Under the pieces are notes generated by a model. The model had not been told where the DNA came from, made no database searches, and was given only the letters and a program-made list of their open reading frames with translations. Position numbers and translations under genes: made by a program. From Octopus sinensis (lineage: Eukaryota), in the NCBI RefSeq assembly GCF_006345805.1, contig NC_043003.1, positions 39,494,001 through 39,558,000 on the forward strand: a DNA stretch of 64,000 nt. Direction: 5' to 3'. Below are positions 26,386 to 39,077 of the stretch, one piece after another. The first letter of the stretch is position 1. The number at the start of each line of letters is the position of its first letter.

Positions 26386-27013
26386 TATGTTATATTGTAA
26401 CATACACTGTATGCTACAGAGTCATATAATACTATAACATCCAATGCTAAAATATTTACTGTGTAATTTTCTTTCAGTGCCGATTGACTGGCTCCTGTAC
26501 TGGTGACATGTAAAAAGTACCCACTACACTCTCAGAGTGGTTGGTGTTAGGAATGGCATCCAGCTGTAGAAACCTTGCCAAATCAGATTGGAGCCAGGTG
26601 CAGCCTCCTGGCTTGCCAGTCCTCAGTCAAACCATCCAACCTATACCAGCATGGAAAGTGGATGTTAAACGATGATGATAATGATGATGATAGGTACAGT
26701 GTCATGGAGATATATGGTTACAGTGTAACTGTGCATTGTATCAATAATAAGGCGAAACACAAACACATCTTTTATCTTTCTTTTGTATTTTACTAGTTTC
26801 AGTCATCAGACTGTGGCCATGCTGAGGCACCACCTTGAAGAATTTTAGTCAAATGAATCGACATGAACACATCAGTACCTAAACACATACATACACAGCA
26901 ACTCTCAAATACTCACGCCTACCCTATCATACACACATAAACACAATTTTCTGATGGAAAACAAGGCAAGACAAACAAGTGCAAACATCGATGATATTAA
27001 ACTCAGGACTCAC

Positions 27014-27274
27014 TTGTCTGAAATCTACAGTAAAAGCACCAAGATATGCAACTACACCAGATGCAAGCAGAACATCTCCAGTAATGCAATCATACAATTC
27101 TCCCAGTCCTTTAGCAGCTTTTGTCCAACGGTCTTTCTCTCCCCCTAGACCACCAATCAGCTGTTCAGCCCGGTCCAGTTTCTTGGAACAGATATCAATG
27201 TTGTCTTCAAGTTCTTTCTTTTTCTGGGTCATTGCTTCAAATTTATCATTCAATGCTTGTAGTTTATCTGCAAC
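27014..27274 (-). CDS. DNAH3: Dynein HC exon 11: VADKLQALND...LIGGLGGEKDRW...GDVLLASGVVAYLGAFTVDFRQ
   Basis: catag acceptor and gtgagt donor; LIGGLGGEKDRW and GDVLL..G.VAYLGAFT motifs. Confidence 0.96.
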
Positions 27275-28904
27275 CTATGATAAAAGATAAGGAGATAAAG
27301 ATAGGGAAATAAAGGTGAGAGGGAATGAGAAAGAGAAAAAAAAGGTCTCGTATTGACAGATTAATTAAAAGTAGTACAAGTTAGCTATTGAATAATTACT
27401 TACATTGACACAAAGTCACAGATTTGCAAAGGTATAGTTGACTGAATCAACTAACCTCAGCACATGACGGATGCATTTATTTTATGTGAGATGGAAAAAG
27501 GCAAAGTCAACTTTGTCAGAGTTTGAACTTAGGACATAAAGTAATGTAACTAAATCAGGGACTCTCCTGTCGTAGGTAACAGGTGAGGTTCAGCAATTTA
27601 TTGTTGAACAACCTGCACAGGTGATTTGGTTTTGGGAATCAAACATTTGTTTTTTTGTATGCTAGCTCACTCCTTCCATCAAATTGAAATTGCCTGAACA
27701 GGTGCATGGTTTACAACACACCAGGTGTCAAAGAGATTGCAGAGTAATGTGAGATGAAGTGTTTTGCTCAAGAACACAATGCACCACCCAGTCCAGGAAT
27801 TGAAACCACAATTTTGTAATCATGAGTACAACGCCCTAACCACTAGACCAAGTGTGTTCACAAAGTACCTAAATTTCAGCAATTTCAAAAATCAATTGTT
27901 TCCAATGTCGGCAGAAATTTGGTGGAGGTTAGATGATTAAACTGACTCCTGTACTTGACGAGTACTTCATTTTATAGACTCTAAAAGGCAAAGCTGACTT
28001 TGACAAGATTTGAATTCAGAATGTAAAAAGGCAGAGGAAGTCCAAAGCTCTAACTGTCTGTTTCCATGACTGTGTTTATGTTAGCACCAGGTTAAAGATC
28101 TGTGTTATTTCATATCTGTTTATGTCCTGTAACTTAACTATTCAACAATTCTTCACCATCGTATCATCATTATCATCCTCATTGTTGCAATGTCAACTTT
28201 TCCATGTTTGCCTGAATCAAATAGAGTTAAGTAAGGCAGATTTTTTTCCCTTTCTGCTACCAAACAACTTGATAATTTCCCATGGCCAGCCATCCAGGCA
28301 TGTTTTTACAGAATATTGGAAATGAATTATTCTACTTGTTTGACAGTGACACTCATTTTCAACCACCATGTAATATCAAGACATGGAGACAAACATACAC
28401 ACATTCACATTTACACACACACACACACACACATGCACACACATGATGGGCTTCTCTCAGTTTCTTATTTCTTTATTGCCCACAAGGTGCTAAACATAGA
28501 GGGGACAAACAAGGACAGACAAAGGGATTAAGTCGATTACATTGACCCCAGTGCATAACTGGTACTTAATTTATCGACCCCAAATGGATGAAAGGCAAAG
28601 TTGACCTCAGCAGAATTTGAACTCAGAACGTAACATCAGACGAAATACCACTAAGCACTTCGCCCAGTATGCTAACGTTTCTGCCAGCTCACCGCCTTCT
28701 CTCAGTTTCTGTCTACCAAATCTGCTTGCAAAGCTTTGGTTGGCCCATGGCTATAGAAGACACTTGCCCCAAGTGCCACACATTTTACATCTCTTTTAGT
28801 AACTATGTTCTTTATGTCTGTTTATGTTCTGTAACTTAACAGTTCAACACAGAGAAGTCAATAAAATATATACAAGCTGAAATATGTATTGGTATTAATA
28901 TATA

Positions 28905-29135
28905 TTTCTTTACTACCCACAAGGGGCCAAACACAGAGGGGACAAACAAGGACAGACAAAGGGATTAAGTCGACTACATCGACCCCAGTGCGTAACTGGT
29001 ACTTAATTTATCGACCCCGAAAGGATGAAAGGCAAAGTCGACCTCGGCGGAATTTGAACTCGGAACGTAACGACAGACGAAATACGGCTACGAATTTCGC
29101 CCGGCGTGCTAACGTTTCTACCAGCTCGCCGCCTT
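28905..29135 (-). mobile_element. SINE, ggcgagctggcagaaacgttagc family (other copies at about 22695-22985, 28470-28700, 29668-29882, 42350-43040, 47225-47420, 54012-54240 and 56150-56400)
   Basis: Many dispersed copies sharing ttctgagttcaaattccgccgaggtcgactttgcctttcatcctttcggggtcgat. Confidence 0.8.
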
Positions 29136-29494
29136 GGTATTAATATAATCAACTAAACACTTGAAGATGGTGCTCCACCCCAGTATGGTTGCAGTCCAGT
29201 GATTGAAACCGGTAAAATAAAAGTCATTTCTAGCAAATCTGAAGTGAGATTATAGTTAGCTCAACTGAATCAATTCTCAGTATATAGCACTATCAACTAA
29301 GTCATACCAGTAATTAGTAACCTACCAACCATCTGGCACTCTCCTGACACTCCATTAGTTACAACAACAAGGGTTCCAATTGATCCAATCAATGGAACAG
29401 ATTGCTGGTGAAATTTACATGCAAGTGGCTGACCACTCCACAGACATATGTACTCTTAATATGGTTCTCATGGAGATTCAGCATGACACAGAAA

Positions 29495-30002
29495 GGATCA
29501 ATCTAACACTATTCCAACAACTGTAGCCTGAAATTTAAAGGAATTACAAAGTACTAGTTAGACAAGTGATTGACATGCCTGGCCTCATCTAACCAGCTCA
29601 GTGTGATAAAGCAGTAAGCATCTGCTCCTTTATGTGACTAAGGCATTACATAAGATCCAACATACCTATTTCTTTACTACCCACAAGGGACAAACAAGGA
29701 CAAACAAACGGATTAAGTCGATTATATTGACCCCAGTGCATAACTGGCACTTATTTAATTGACCCCGAAAGGATGAAAGGCAAAGTTGACCTCGGTGGAA
29801 TTTGAACTCAGAACGTAACAGCAGATGAAATACGGCAAAGCATTTTGCCTGGCGTGCTAACGTTTCTACCAGCTTGCCGCCACAACATACCTTGTGGATC
29901 AATCATAAGAGGCCATCTTCATGACTTAGAGATGATAATAGCATTATCAATACTGAAAGTTATCTGCAGGAAGCCCTGTTATCTGCCACTCGCGAATCTT
30001 CA
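29495..30002 (-). pseudogene. Duplicated fragment of dynein exon 12 (3' part) plus adjacent intron, interrupted by a SINE
   Basis: About 96% identical to 24949-25231 apart from the SINE at 29668-29882; 1-bp insertion in the exonic part; no acceptor site copied. Confidence 0.92.
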
Positions 30003-31092
30003 AGGCTGGCCCTTTGAATTACAAGAACTCATTTTTGCCAGCTGAGCAAACTGGAGCAACATGAAATAAAGTGTCTTGCTCAAGAACGGAGTGCGTCACA
30101 GGAGACTGAACTCATGACCATACGATTGTGAGCTGAATACCCTAACAACTAAAGCATGTGCTTTCACTTACCAACATTATATAACAATAAAATCAATACA
30201 TACCAAAACAGACACAGGTGTGGCTCTTTGGCTGAGAAGTTTGCTTCTCACTGCACAACACCTCGGGCAGGTATCTACTACTATAGTCCTAGGCCAACCA
30301 AATCTTTAAGAGTAAATTAAGTAGACAAAACCTGAAAGAAGCCTAATGTATGTCTGTATGTATGTATGATTTACATTCTTTTTGAGAGAGTTCAAGCCAG
30401 TCACTAACAAAGCAACAAGACTTTTTGAGTTAAGATCTCAATGTTTGAAGATATGTAGTTGAGTTGGTGTGTTGATTAAACTGTCAATGCATACACCCAA
30501 GTGTGTGCATCTATTCACATAAGAATCTGAGATGGAAAATCCTTGGAACGTCTTACAAATCTTCACTATACCACTGATAGATTAGATTTGGAGAATCTGT
30601 ATCAGTTTCTTTTGCTCTTGTTCCTGAAACCAAGAATTTCTAGGTTTTTGTGTTAATCTGTTGGTACATAACCTAATGCACTTATGATGATAGGTAGAAA
30701 TGAGAATTCATAGTCAGGGTACAAGAGCTGTGAGTTCTGCATTAATTCACCATAAATGTTCTTTCTACTGGACTTTTGATGCATGTATGTGTGTAAGCAC
30801 ATGTGTGTGTGTGTGTGTGTGCGCGCACATGTGTGTGTACCCTCATCTCACGTGATAGCAGTGAATGAGCATCACCATCATATAAGCGATGCTCAGTTCC
30901 AGTCAGCCATACAAAACATTCTTGGTGATGGGGAAATATTACCATACTTGGAAACCGGTGAGGGTTGGCAACAGGAAGGTCATCCAGCTGCAGAAAATCT
31001 ACCTCGACAAATTCTGTCTGACCTGTGGAGGCATGGAAAAGTGAATGCAAAATGATGATAAAAATAGTATTAAAAGTGGGGGCCACATTTAC

Positions 31093-31300
31093 CTCTTTCA
31101 GTTGTGCTCGTTTCTCATCAAGTTTCTGCATCTGCATACTCAATTCAGTTTCTGCTTCCAAAAGTTTAATTTTCTTTGGAGCCACAACTTTGGCTACTTT
31201 ATCATACTGGTCCATTGCTCTGACCCAACGGCAGAGACCTTCACAGGCAGTTGATGCTTGTTTCACTACATTGGGATCAAATTCAGGATTTGGTATATAA
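31093..31300 (-). CDS. DNAH3: Dynein HC exon 10: (I)YIPNPEFDPNVVKQASTACEGLCRWVRAMDQYDKVAKVVAPKK...QLKE, MTBD/CC2
   Basis: cctag acceptor and gtaaat donor; ASTACEGLCRWV motif. Confidence 0.95.
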
Positions 31301-31410
31301 CTAGGAGAGAAGAAAGAACACACCAGATATATATGTATGTATATATATATATAGTACGTTTAAATATTTGTTGTGCAAGATTTTTTATGTGAAGTCATGT
31401 GTTGAAACAG

Positions 31411-31876
31411 ATATTGTTATATTTCGGAATGGTCATATTGCCAGTTTAGCCAATAAAAACACACGCACTATATATTTGGTGTTATTTTGCTTCAGTGATA
31501 TTTATTTTTTACATTAATCTTAATCTTATTTCGGCCAAAGTTCTTTCGTCACACTCCTGTGACCGCATCAGTGGTCCTTTGTTTTCTTCTCACTTATTTG
31601 TGTCTCTCCTTACTAACCGTCAGCCATTTTGTATTTCTATTGTACAATAGAAATACAAAATGGCTGACGGTTAGTAAGGAGAGACACAAATAAGTGAGAA
31701 GAAAACAAAGGACCACTGATGCGGTCACAGGAGTGTGACGAAAGAACTTTGGCCGAAATAAGATTAAGATTAATGTAAAAAATAAATATCACTGAAGCAA
31801 AATAGCACCAAATATATAGTGCGTGTGTTTTTATTGGCTAAACTGGCAATATGACCATTCCGAAATATAACAATAT
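31411..31876. repeat. 466-bp palindrome with no loop
   Basis: Centre tattgt|acaata at 31643/31644; 233-bp arms with one mismatch seen. Confidence 0.95.
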
Positions 31877-32145
31877 ATATATATATATACAAATATGAGA
31901 GAGAATCCACTATGTGGACGCTCTTACGCTAGATAGATCCGCAGATCTATATCTAGTGTAGATATAGATCCGCGGATCTATATCTAGCATAACAGCGTCC
32001 ACATAGTGGATTCTCTCTCATATTTGTGTATTAATAATATTTACTGAATCTCAGTCTTGTTGTGCTAGGCCACTTGGTGTTTAAATTGATGCTATTAAAT
32101 TAATGTCCAATTTTTTCACCCTCATTTTGACTTTAATTATATATA

Positions 32146-32181
<36 letters not shown>

Positions 32182-32360
32182 TGCATGTAAGTATATATAC
32201 ATGCATACACACAGACACATATACTCATATACATATATATGTCTGTGTTAATCTAATTACTTTTAAGATTGAAGTTTTTATAACTGATAATTTTTAGTGA
32301 AAGAAAACTTTTTTTAGATATTGAGACTGTATCAAGAAATTTTTCTAAAATACTTTTTAA

Positions 32361-32392
<32 letters not shown>

Positions 32393-33476
32393 GTATTCTA
32401 ACAGAAGCTTTAACTATTATGTACCCACAGTAAATATTTAATTCACCTAAAATACTGATATCTTGTTTTCTTTGCTTGTGTTTTAATGTATGCTTAATTA
32501 ATGTCACTTACAAACACATTATTTCACGACGATGATGACGACAAGGGATGGATGGATGGATGGATAAGGAGGGAAAGGCAGCATGCAAGACCATCTTTCT
32601 CAAGGCCTCAAAGACTAGTTAGTGACAGGAAGCAACAAGAATATACTTAAAGCAGAGACTTGGCTCAAATTCCTACAAGAAAGTATCTCTGCTAAAGGCA
32701 CCCAAGAGCCAGGTAGCAGTGCTAAATTGAACAGAAAATTAAGTCCACTATTCAAGAACTCAGAATGCAAAGAGTTGAAGCAACTACCACAAGACATCTT
32801 AGTTGATGCTCAGACAATTCTGCTAATCTACAGACAGGCATTTTTTATTTTACCAATACCAAAACAGATAAAAGATACAGGTGACCTCAGTGACAGCAGT
32901 GGTGAGGTCAACTGAAGAAAGTGGTTGTTGACAAAAGAAGAAGCTCATTGTATGTCAATATGTGTGATTCATTGCATCAACCAGACTATCAAATGTGGTT
33001 ATACACTGCTGATTACAATGCGCTTCTGCATATCATTGCAGCTTTTGAATGATGCCACCTCGCTGGCTAGGTGGGCAGGCCAACTTTCTCCTTGAATGGC
33101 ACACCAGTCCATTGCATGGGTACCCATTTACAGCTGAGTGGATTGATGTTTTGCTGCAGAACACTAAGTACTGCCTGTCTGGAAACTGAAAGCAAAACCT
33201 TGCAAATTGTGAATGCAACACCCACCCGAATCACTATGCCATATTCTGTGTATGTGTGAGCCCAAACATTTCATTTCACATTGTCCCAGTCCATGCAGCT
33301 ATAAATGGATAACCTTGCAATGGACTGGTATTCCATTCAAGGAATACCAGGGAATGTTGGCCTGACCACCTAGCCAACAGGATGGCATCATTCAAAAGCT
33401 GCGACAATACAAAGAAGCACATTGTGATCAACAGTGTATAATCATGTTTGATAGTCTTGTTGATAGAATGATACAA

Positions 33477-33503
<27 letters not shown>

Positions 33504-33515
<12 letters not shown>

Positions 33516-33750
33516 GAAATAAGGTACTCAGAATCTGGATGGTTTTATATTTACAGATTTTTATTAAAATGTCACATGTTTTTATAAATTATATATTAGC
33601 GCTTGCATCCACTCTAGTAGATTCTTCAGAATCTACTAGAGTGGATGCAAGCACTAATATATGATTTATAAAAACATGTGACATTTTAATAAAAATCTGT
33701 AAATATAAAACCATCCAGATTTCTGAGTACCTTATTTCTTCTAATATATA
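33504..33750. repeat. About 247-bp palindrome with a 2-nt loop
   Basis: Centre attct-tc-agaat at 33621-33632; about 3 differences between arms. Confidence 0.95.
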
Positions 33751-34201
33751 ATAATATAATACCTGTACATCACCTCCAAACCTTCTAACATATGCGTGTG
33801 TGTATGTGTGTGTACCTACAATGGGCCTCTTTTCTGTATTTGTGAGAGTGTGTATGTTTGTGTCTCCTTATTTTGACATCATGTGATTCTTGTAAATGGT
33901 AGTGTCATTCATTTTCAATCTTCAGCGATTACATATCTGACCATGAAAAATACTACTCTTGAGATGAGTTGACACAGTAAGAGACGAAACTCTTCTGTGG
34001 GACAGGACTGACAACAGTATGTTTCCTAGGATCAGGATACATTCCTACTGAGAAAGAAACTGAAGAGGAGCTTTGTAAGTATACAACCTATCTCTGGAGC
34101 ACATTGTTTTAAGAAAATGGATGACAGGACCCTACTAAGACTGGTTGTCTCTTTTGAACTAGAGAGATTGAATGAGTTTTCATACAAGCTAATTATGTGT
34201 A

Positions 34202-34431
34202 TGAGTGGGTGCTGAAAAGTTCCTGGCTGTGGGCAAAGAAAATACAGAAGGATCAGTTAAATATGATTTTATATGTAATATATTGTATTTGATATATTTC
34301 CCTCTTAGATTCACACATTTATTACAGTGGTCCTTCATTTATTTTAGCCCTGGAAAAGAACTCAGAAGGTTGGGCCATCAACCAGTCTTTCGTGATACCC
34401 CAAAATTCAGGAATTTTTCAGCATCCACTCA
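34202..34431. mobile_element. Mariner-derived MITE
   Basis: TIRs tgagtgggtgctgaaaagttcctg / caggaatttttcagcatccactca; related fragment at about 5580-5765. Confidence 0.65.
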
Positions 34432-34685
34432 TATATGTGGTAGTGAAACAGGATAGTGCAGAAAAGATATATTGCAAGAGGTCACATTGTATAGAGAGGG
34501 TGGTGATGTATACAGCAAAAAATAGAGGCTTTTACAATGAGTGTACTGCTATCAGTAGACCCATGTTAGCAGTTGTCTCGGTTAAAAAGTGATAAGTAGG
34601 AGGATTTCAGAAAGTAAGAGCAACAGTAAAATGGCAAAAATAATATATAATAAAACAAGTACAAATTTTAACAAGAAATACCAAC

Positions 34686-34897
34686 ATTTTCCTGATACGG
34701 GACATAATAGCTGGTGCTATGTTGTCTTTGTTGTAAGTTTTCAGTTTTTCCAAAAACTTCATGTCACCAAGGAGCTTCAGTGAAGGTCCCCAATAATCAT
34801 CAAACATTTTCCCACTGCCATCAGGTTTTCTTTCAGGTTTAATCATTAACATGACGCATACTGATTCCATGACCAATTTCACAACTGTTGGTGGATT
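34686..34897 (-). CDS. DNAH3: Dynein HC exon 9: NPPTVVKLVMESVC...DYWGPSLKLLGDMKFL...SRIRK, microtubule-binding domain
   Basis: ttcag acceptor; donor gttggt chosen because exon 10 needs phase 2; MTBD motifs NPP..VKLVME and YWGPS.KLLGD. Confidence 0.9.
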
Positions 34898-36410
34898 CTG
34901 AAAGATAAGACATATAAAGTTTGAACATATGTACACACACATACACACACACACACAGGTCATTCTGGTGATATGGATTGGACAAAGAGAAAGAGGTCAC
35001 TTTATTAACAACAGATGTACACAGAGATTCAAATTAATAACAAAAGTTAGTGGATTTTGAAATATAAGAGAGAGTGAATGGCAATTTTGGTAATTTTATG
35101 CAACGTCTTCATGAGTTAAATTTCTTACAAATGCTAAGGCCTACGTTTTTACATTTAAAATTCAGTTAAAAAATTTTCTTAGATAAGATAAGTAATGAAT
35201 TTCCTTATAACAAACAATATTGTTGCATTTTGAATTGAATTTTGTTTGATTATTATTGTAAAAATATTGCTTTCTATATTGTTATTTGATAATTATACAT
35301 TACGATACATATATTTATTTACTTATTATTTTTATTATTGTTATTATCTTGTGAATTAACGTATTACATATAATTTACATTGGGAAATAGTTTTGTAAGA
35401 CAAAATGTTATCGAATAGGTAGGAATTTTTATTTGTTATGTAATATTGCATTTAAGTAAATACTTTTAATAATAATAGAAATTTTGGTTACTTCTATAAA
35501 TGAGTGTAATATTAAATCTATATATAAATTGAATTAATTATAAAACAAGTTTCACTAATTTGTGTGCATATATTTGAACCATTTTTCTATTTTTAATTCT
35601 TGTAGTCATAGTTTGTGGTAGTATTTTGTATATAAGTTAGCTTGAAGTTTTTTAGTATATATTACTTAATTAGAATAAGATTTAACTTACTTGTTTATTA
35701 AATAAATAAATTAATTAATTAATAATTAAATGTATGTAGATTAAATTATAGTATTTTAGCTTCACTTAATGTATATTATGTATTTGATATATATATTTTT
35801 TGTTTTAAATATTTTGTTTTAATTACTTGTATTTTAATTTTCCAGTAATGATATACTATAGTTTGTTATTTTTTTTTCTATAAGCTAAAATATATTTTCA
35901 TAGATAAAATAAATATTTATATCTATTTATTCTAGTTCTATTTACACCACGTTTTTAATGCGCTAAATGTATTATAAACACTAAGTCCTATATGTTAAGT
36001 TTAAAGATTTAGTTAACAGAATATATTTGGTAAGATATTTTGTGTTTTGTTTCAAGATATATTGTTGAATTTAGTTCGATTAATTATTGAAAAATTATGT
36101 ATTTTATATATATTTATATTTTCTTATAAGATGATATATGTACATTTATTTAATTATTTTATTGTTTTTATCTTGGACTTCATGAGTGACTATATTTAAA
36201 TTGAATTGATTTTACTGTTATCAGTTTGAAAATATAGCCACAAAACACGTGTAGTCTATTTACTAATTATATACTATTTATTATTATTTCATACTTTATT
36301 TAGCTTTAGGTAAATGTTTTATCATATCTTTAATTTTTTTCTATATGGTATGAATTAATTATATCATTGTTGAATTGCTACATGGTGGTTCTTCTCTAAT
36401 TTATACACAT

Positions 36411-36510
<100 letters not shown>

Positions 36511-38266
36511 TTACATATATGTGCATGTATGTATGTATACACGTGCACATATATATGCAGATATATATATGTATATATGGGTACAGGACATTACCAACTT
36601 TGTAAACAACATGAAATACATAGACCAACGAGTTAACTACATAAATACACTGTGTTAAATACATAAACGAGAGGAAAATGGAAAACAGGACAAGTAAACA
36701 TAGAGAAACGACTCTTCATCAGTTTTCAGTTGTCTATCTACTCCTCATTTCAAGCATTCAACGACAATATGAATTTTCAAAGACAGTTGCTCCCATAAAT
36801 ATAAATGTATAGATAGATTGATATATATATATATATGTAAAACTTAATTGGAAGAGGATGCGTGGTGTTCAATCATATAATAATATAAATAATATATGTA
36901 TGTGCATATATACATACATATATATACATACTTACATCATTATGTATATATATATATGCATATGTGGGCACAGGATGTCACAAAATGTGTACAACAAGAA
37001 AATACAAAGCACAAGTACATGGAACATGAACTACTCTTTCAAACAATAAAAGACACAAAGCAAGCAACATAAAGAATGACCCTTCATCAGTTGTTGGCTG
37101 TTTTTCTAGTCTCATATTTTGATCATTTAACAAGATACGCTTTTGATAAAACATTAGCTCCCGCAATGCAAATTAAATAAATTTTGGGATTTTGTGGAGG
37201 GTCAAAATTGATAACACAAACAGGACAGTGAGAATGAACAGGAGGGGCTGCTAAGCCTAAATGAGGTTGTGGTGGCAAATGCGTAAATCAAGCTTGGGCA
37301 GGAGACAAACAAGAACATGTCTTCCTTGTACCAGCTACAATGGAGAGAAAGAAACACAAGTTAGGAGAAGAAAGAAAGATGGCCAATGGTCACATGGGAG
37401 CCACGTGAGCAAGGGAGGAGGAGTGAGGAAAAGAGAGTTACAGAATAATATATATACAGAGAGAGAGAGAGAGAGGGGGAGATACTGTGTATACTAGAAT
37501 AATAGTTGATCTTATGTAAAAGTCAACCCTTATTTTTGGCCAAAAATTGGGAATTTTCTATAGATTCTGTATAAAAGTCAACCCTAGTATTTCATGAACA
37601 ACAGGACAATATTTGCAGGCCAAGGTACCATATTATCCTGCACATAGAAATAACACTGTTACAAAATTGTGTGGCTACCTTTGTAGGTGAAATGCTTGGT
37701 GCTAATAATGTAATGCTCAGTGCTTACAATAAAACACCATTTAATACCGAGCACTACACATCTGTTGATGGGCACCGTATTACCATTACTAAAATGTATG
37801 CACAGGATATGTTGCAAACCGGCGTACATCTTGAAGCACAATAAACACATGCATCATACGCTCGTTGTTTACATGGTGGGAAACATGTTTCATAGATTGC
37901 ACAATTGGCAAACAATAGCAAATCTCACTGTCTGAATTTGCACAAAGGCATGACTTTGATAAGCCTACACCACATTATTGACATTTACTGGTAACTGCAC
38001 ATGAGAGCTACACAGTCTTGTTAATGGGTTTCGCTATTTACTAGGACACATGTTTTGATGCATAGAATTGGTAATATTACTGTAATCCATTATGTTTTTG
38101 TTTTTATTTGCTGAGATATCAGTTAGGTTTCTGCTGCTGATATGGTACTTCGGATTCTAACTTGGATTTTGGCCCCTCAAAAGTAATATCCGTGTAATAG
38201 TCAACCCCATAAATTTGACCTTAAAAAATGGTCTAAAAGATTTGACTTTTACACGACTATACATGG

Positions 38267-38314
<48 letters not shown>

Positions 38315-38909
38315 TACACACACATATAAATCTGAGAGCAGAATAAAAGAGATTTAGTTTATCTTTCTACTACATTAAAAATTACATAACCTATACACGT
38401 GTTTCACTAGCAAATACTAGTATGTTATGAAGTAATTGTTATATAGATGATTGCATAATCACATTGGAAAGAATTAAATTACTGTTTTCTTCTAAAGATC
38501 TAATGTCAATAAATTATCATAGATATCTGTCAAATTCTGAAATATGACCTATTTGACCACATTTAAATTTATTTCAGGATGGCCACATGCTAAAAAAGAA
38601 CAACAGAATTACTGCTAATTAGGGAGTCAAAACTGCTTCTAATTGAAGATAAAGGAAAATAGTGCCCTATTTGGCTGATAGAGGATGATTTCTGAAATAG
38701 GGAATTAGTCATAGCAGAACTTATTAAGGACTTGAGCGAGGCACAGATATAGCTTTTCACTTGATTCCACTGAGTGGCCAACCTTATGGCAAGTAATTGC
38801 ATTTGCAGATCAATCCAATCCATGTATTGCATGGCAAGAACTATTGTCAAAGCACAAATAATTAAAAGGAACAATGAAACACAGAAATAAGGATAAAAGG
38901 ATATCTCAC

Positions 38910-39077
38910 CGACATTGTTTTGAGCAAAGTGATGTCAGAAGGTTTCAATGTGTTGAGGGCATGAATAGCAGACTCCAATGCAGGAATTGCTTCCGCCAAG
39001 TCACTTTCACACTCATCTTTGATAGCCTGGGAGGCTGCAGCTGCCTCATTAGCAATTGCTTCATCAGCAGCAACGAC
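38910..39077 (-). CDS. DNAH3: Dynein HC exon 8: VVAADEAIANEAAAASQAIKDECESDLAEAIPALESA...LLKTMS, stalk CC1
   Basis: ttacag acceptor and gtgaga donor; IKDECESDLAEAIPAL motif. Confidence 0.95.

Noticed and set aside
32622-32915. 97-aa plus-strand ORF of normal complexity
   Set aside because: No recognisable motif, splice context or partner exons; most likely chance or decayed repeat.
34673-34685. Alternative donor gtattt 7 nt downstream of the chosen exon 9 donor
   Set aside because: It would end the exon in phase 0, whereas exon 10 requires phase 2; only gttggt keeps the frame.
36690-37110. Two minus-strand CUGAUGA + short stem motifs
   Set aside because: The stem is followed by AUG rather than GAAA, so the hammerhead core is incomplete; at most PLE-related remnants.
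37500-38275. Possible pogo-like transposon remnant with repeated aaagtcaaccc subterminal motifs
   Set aside because: Too decayed to fix both termini or read a transposase motif with confidence.
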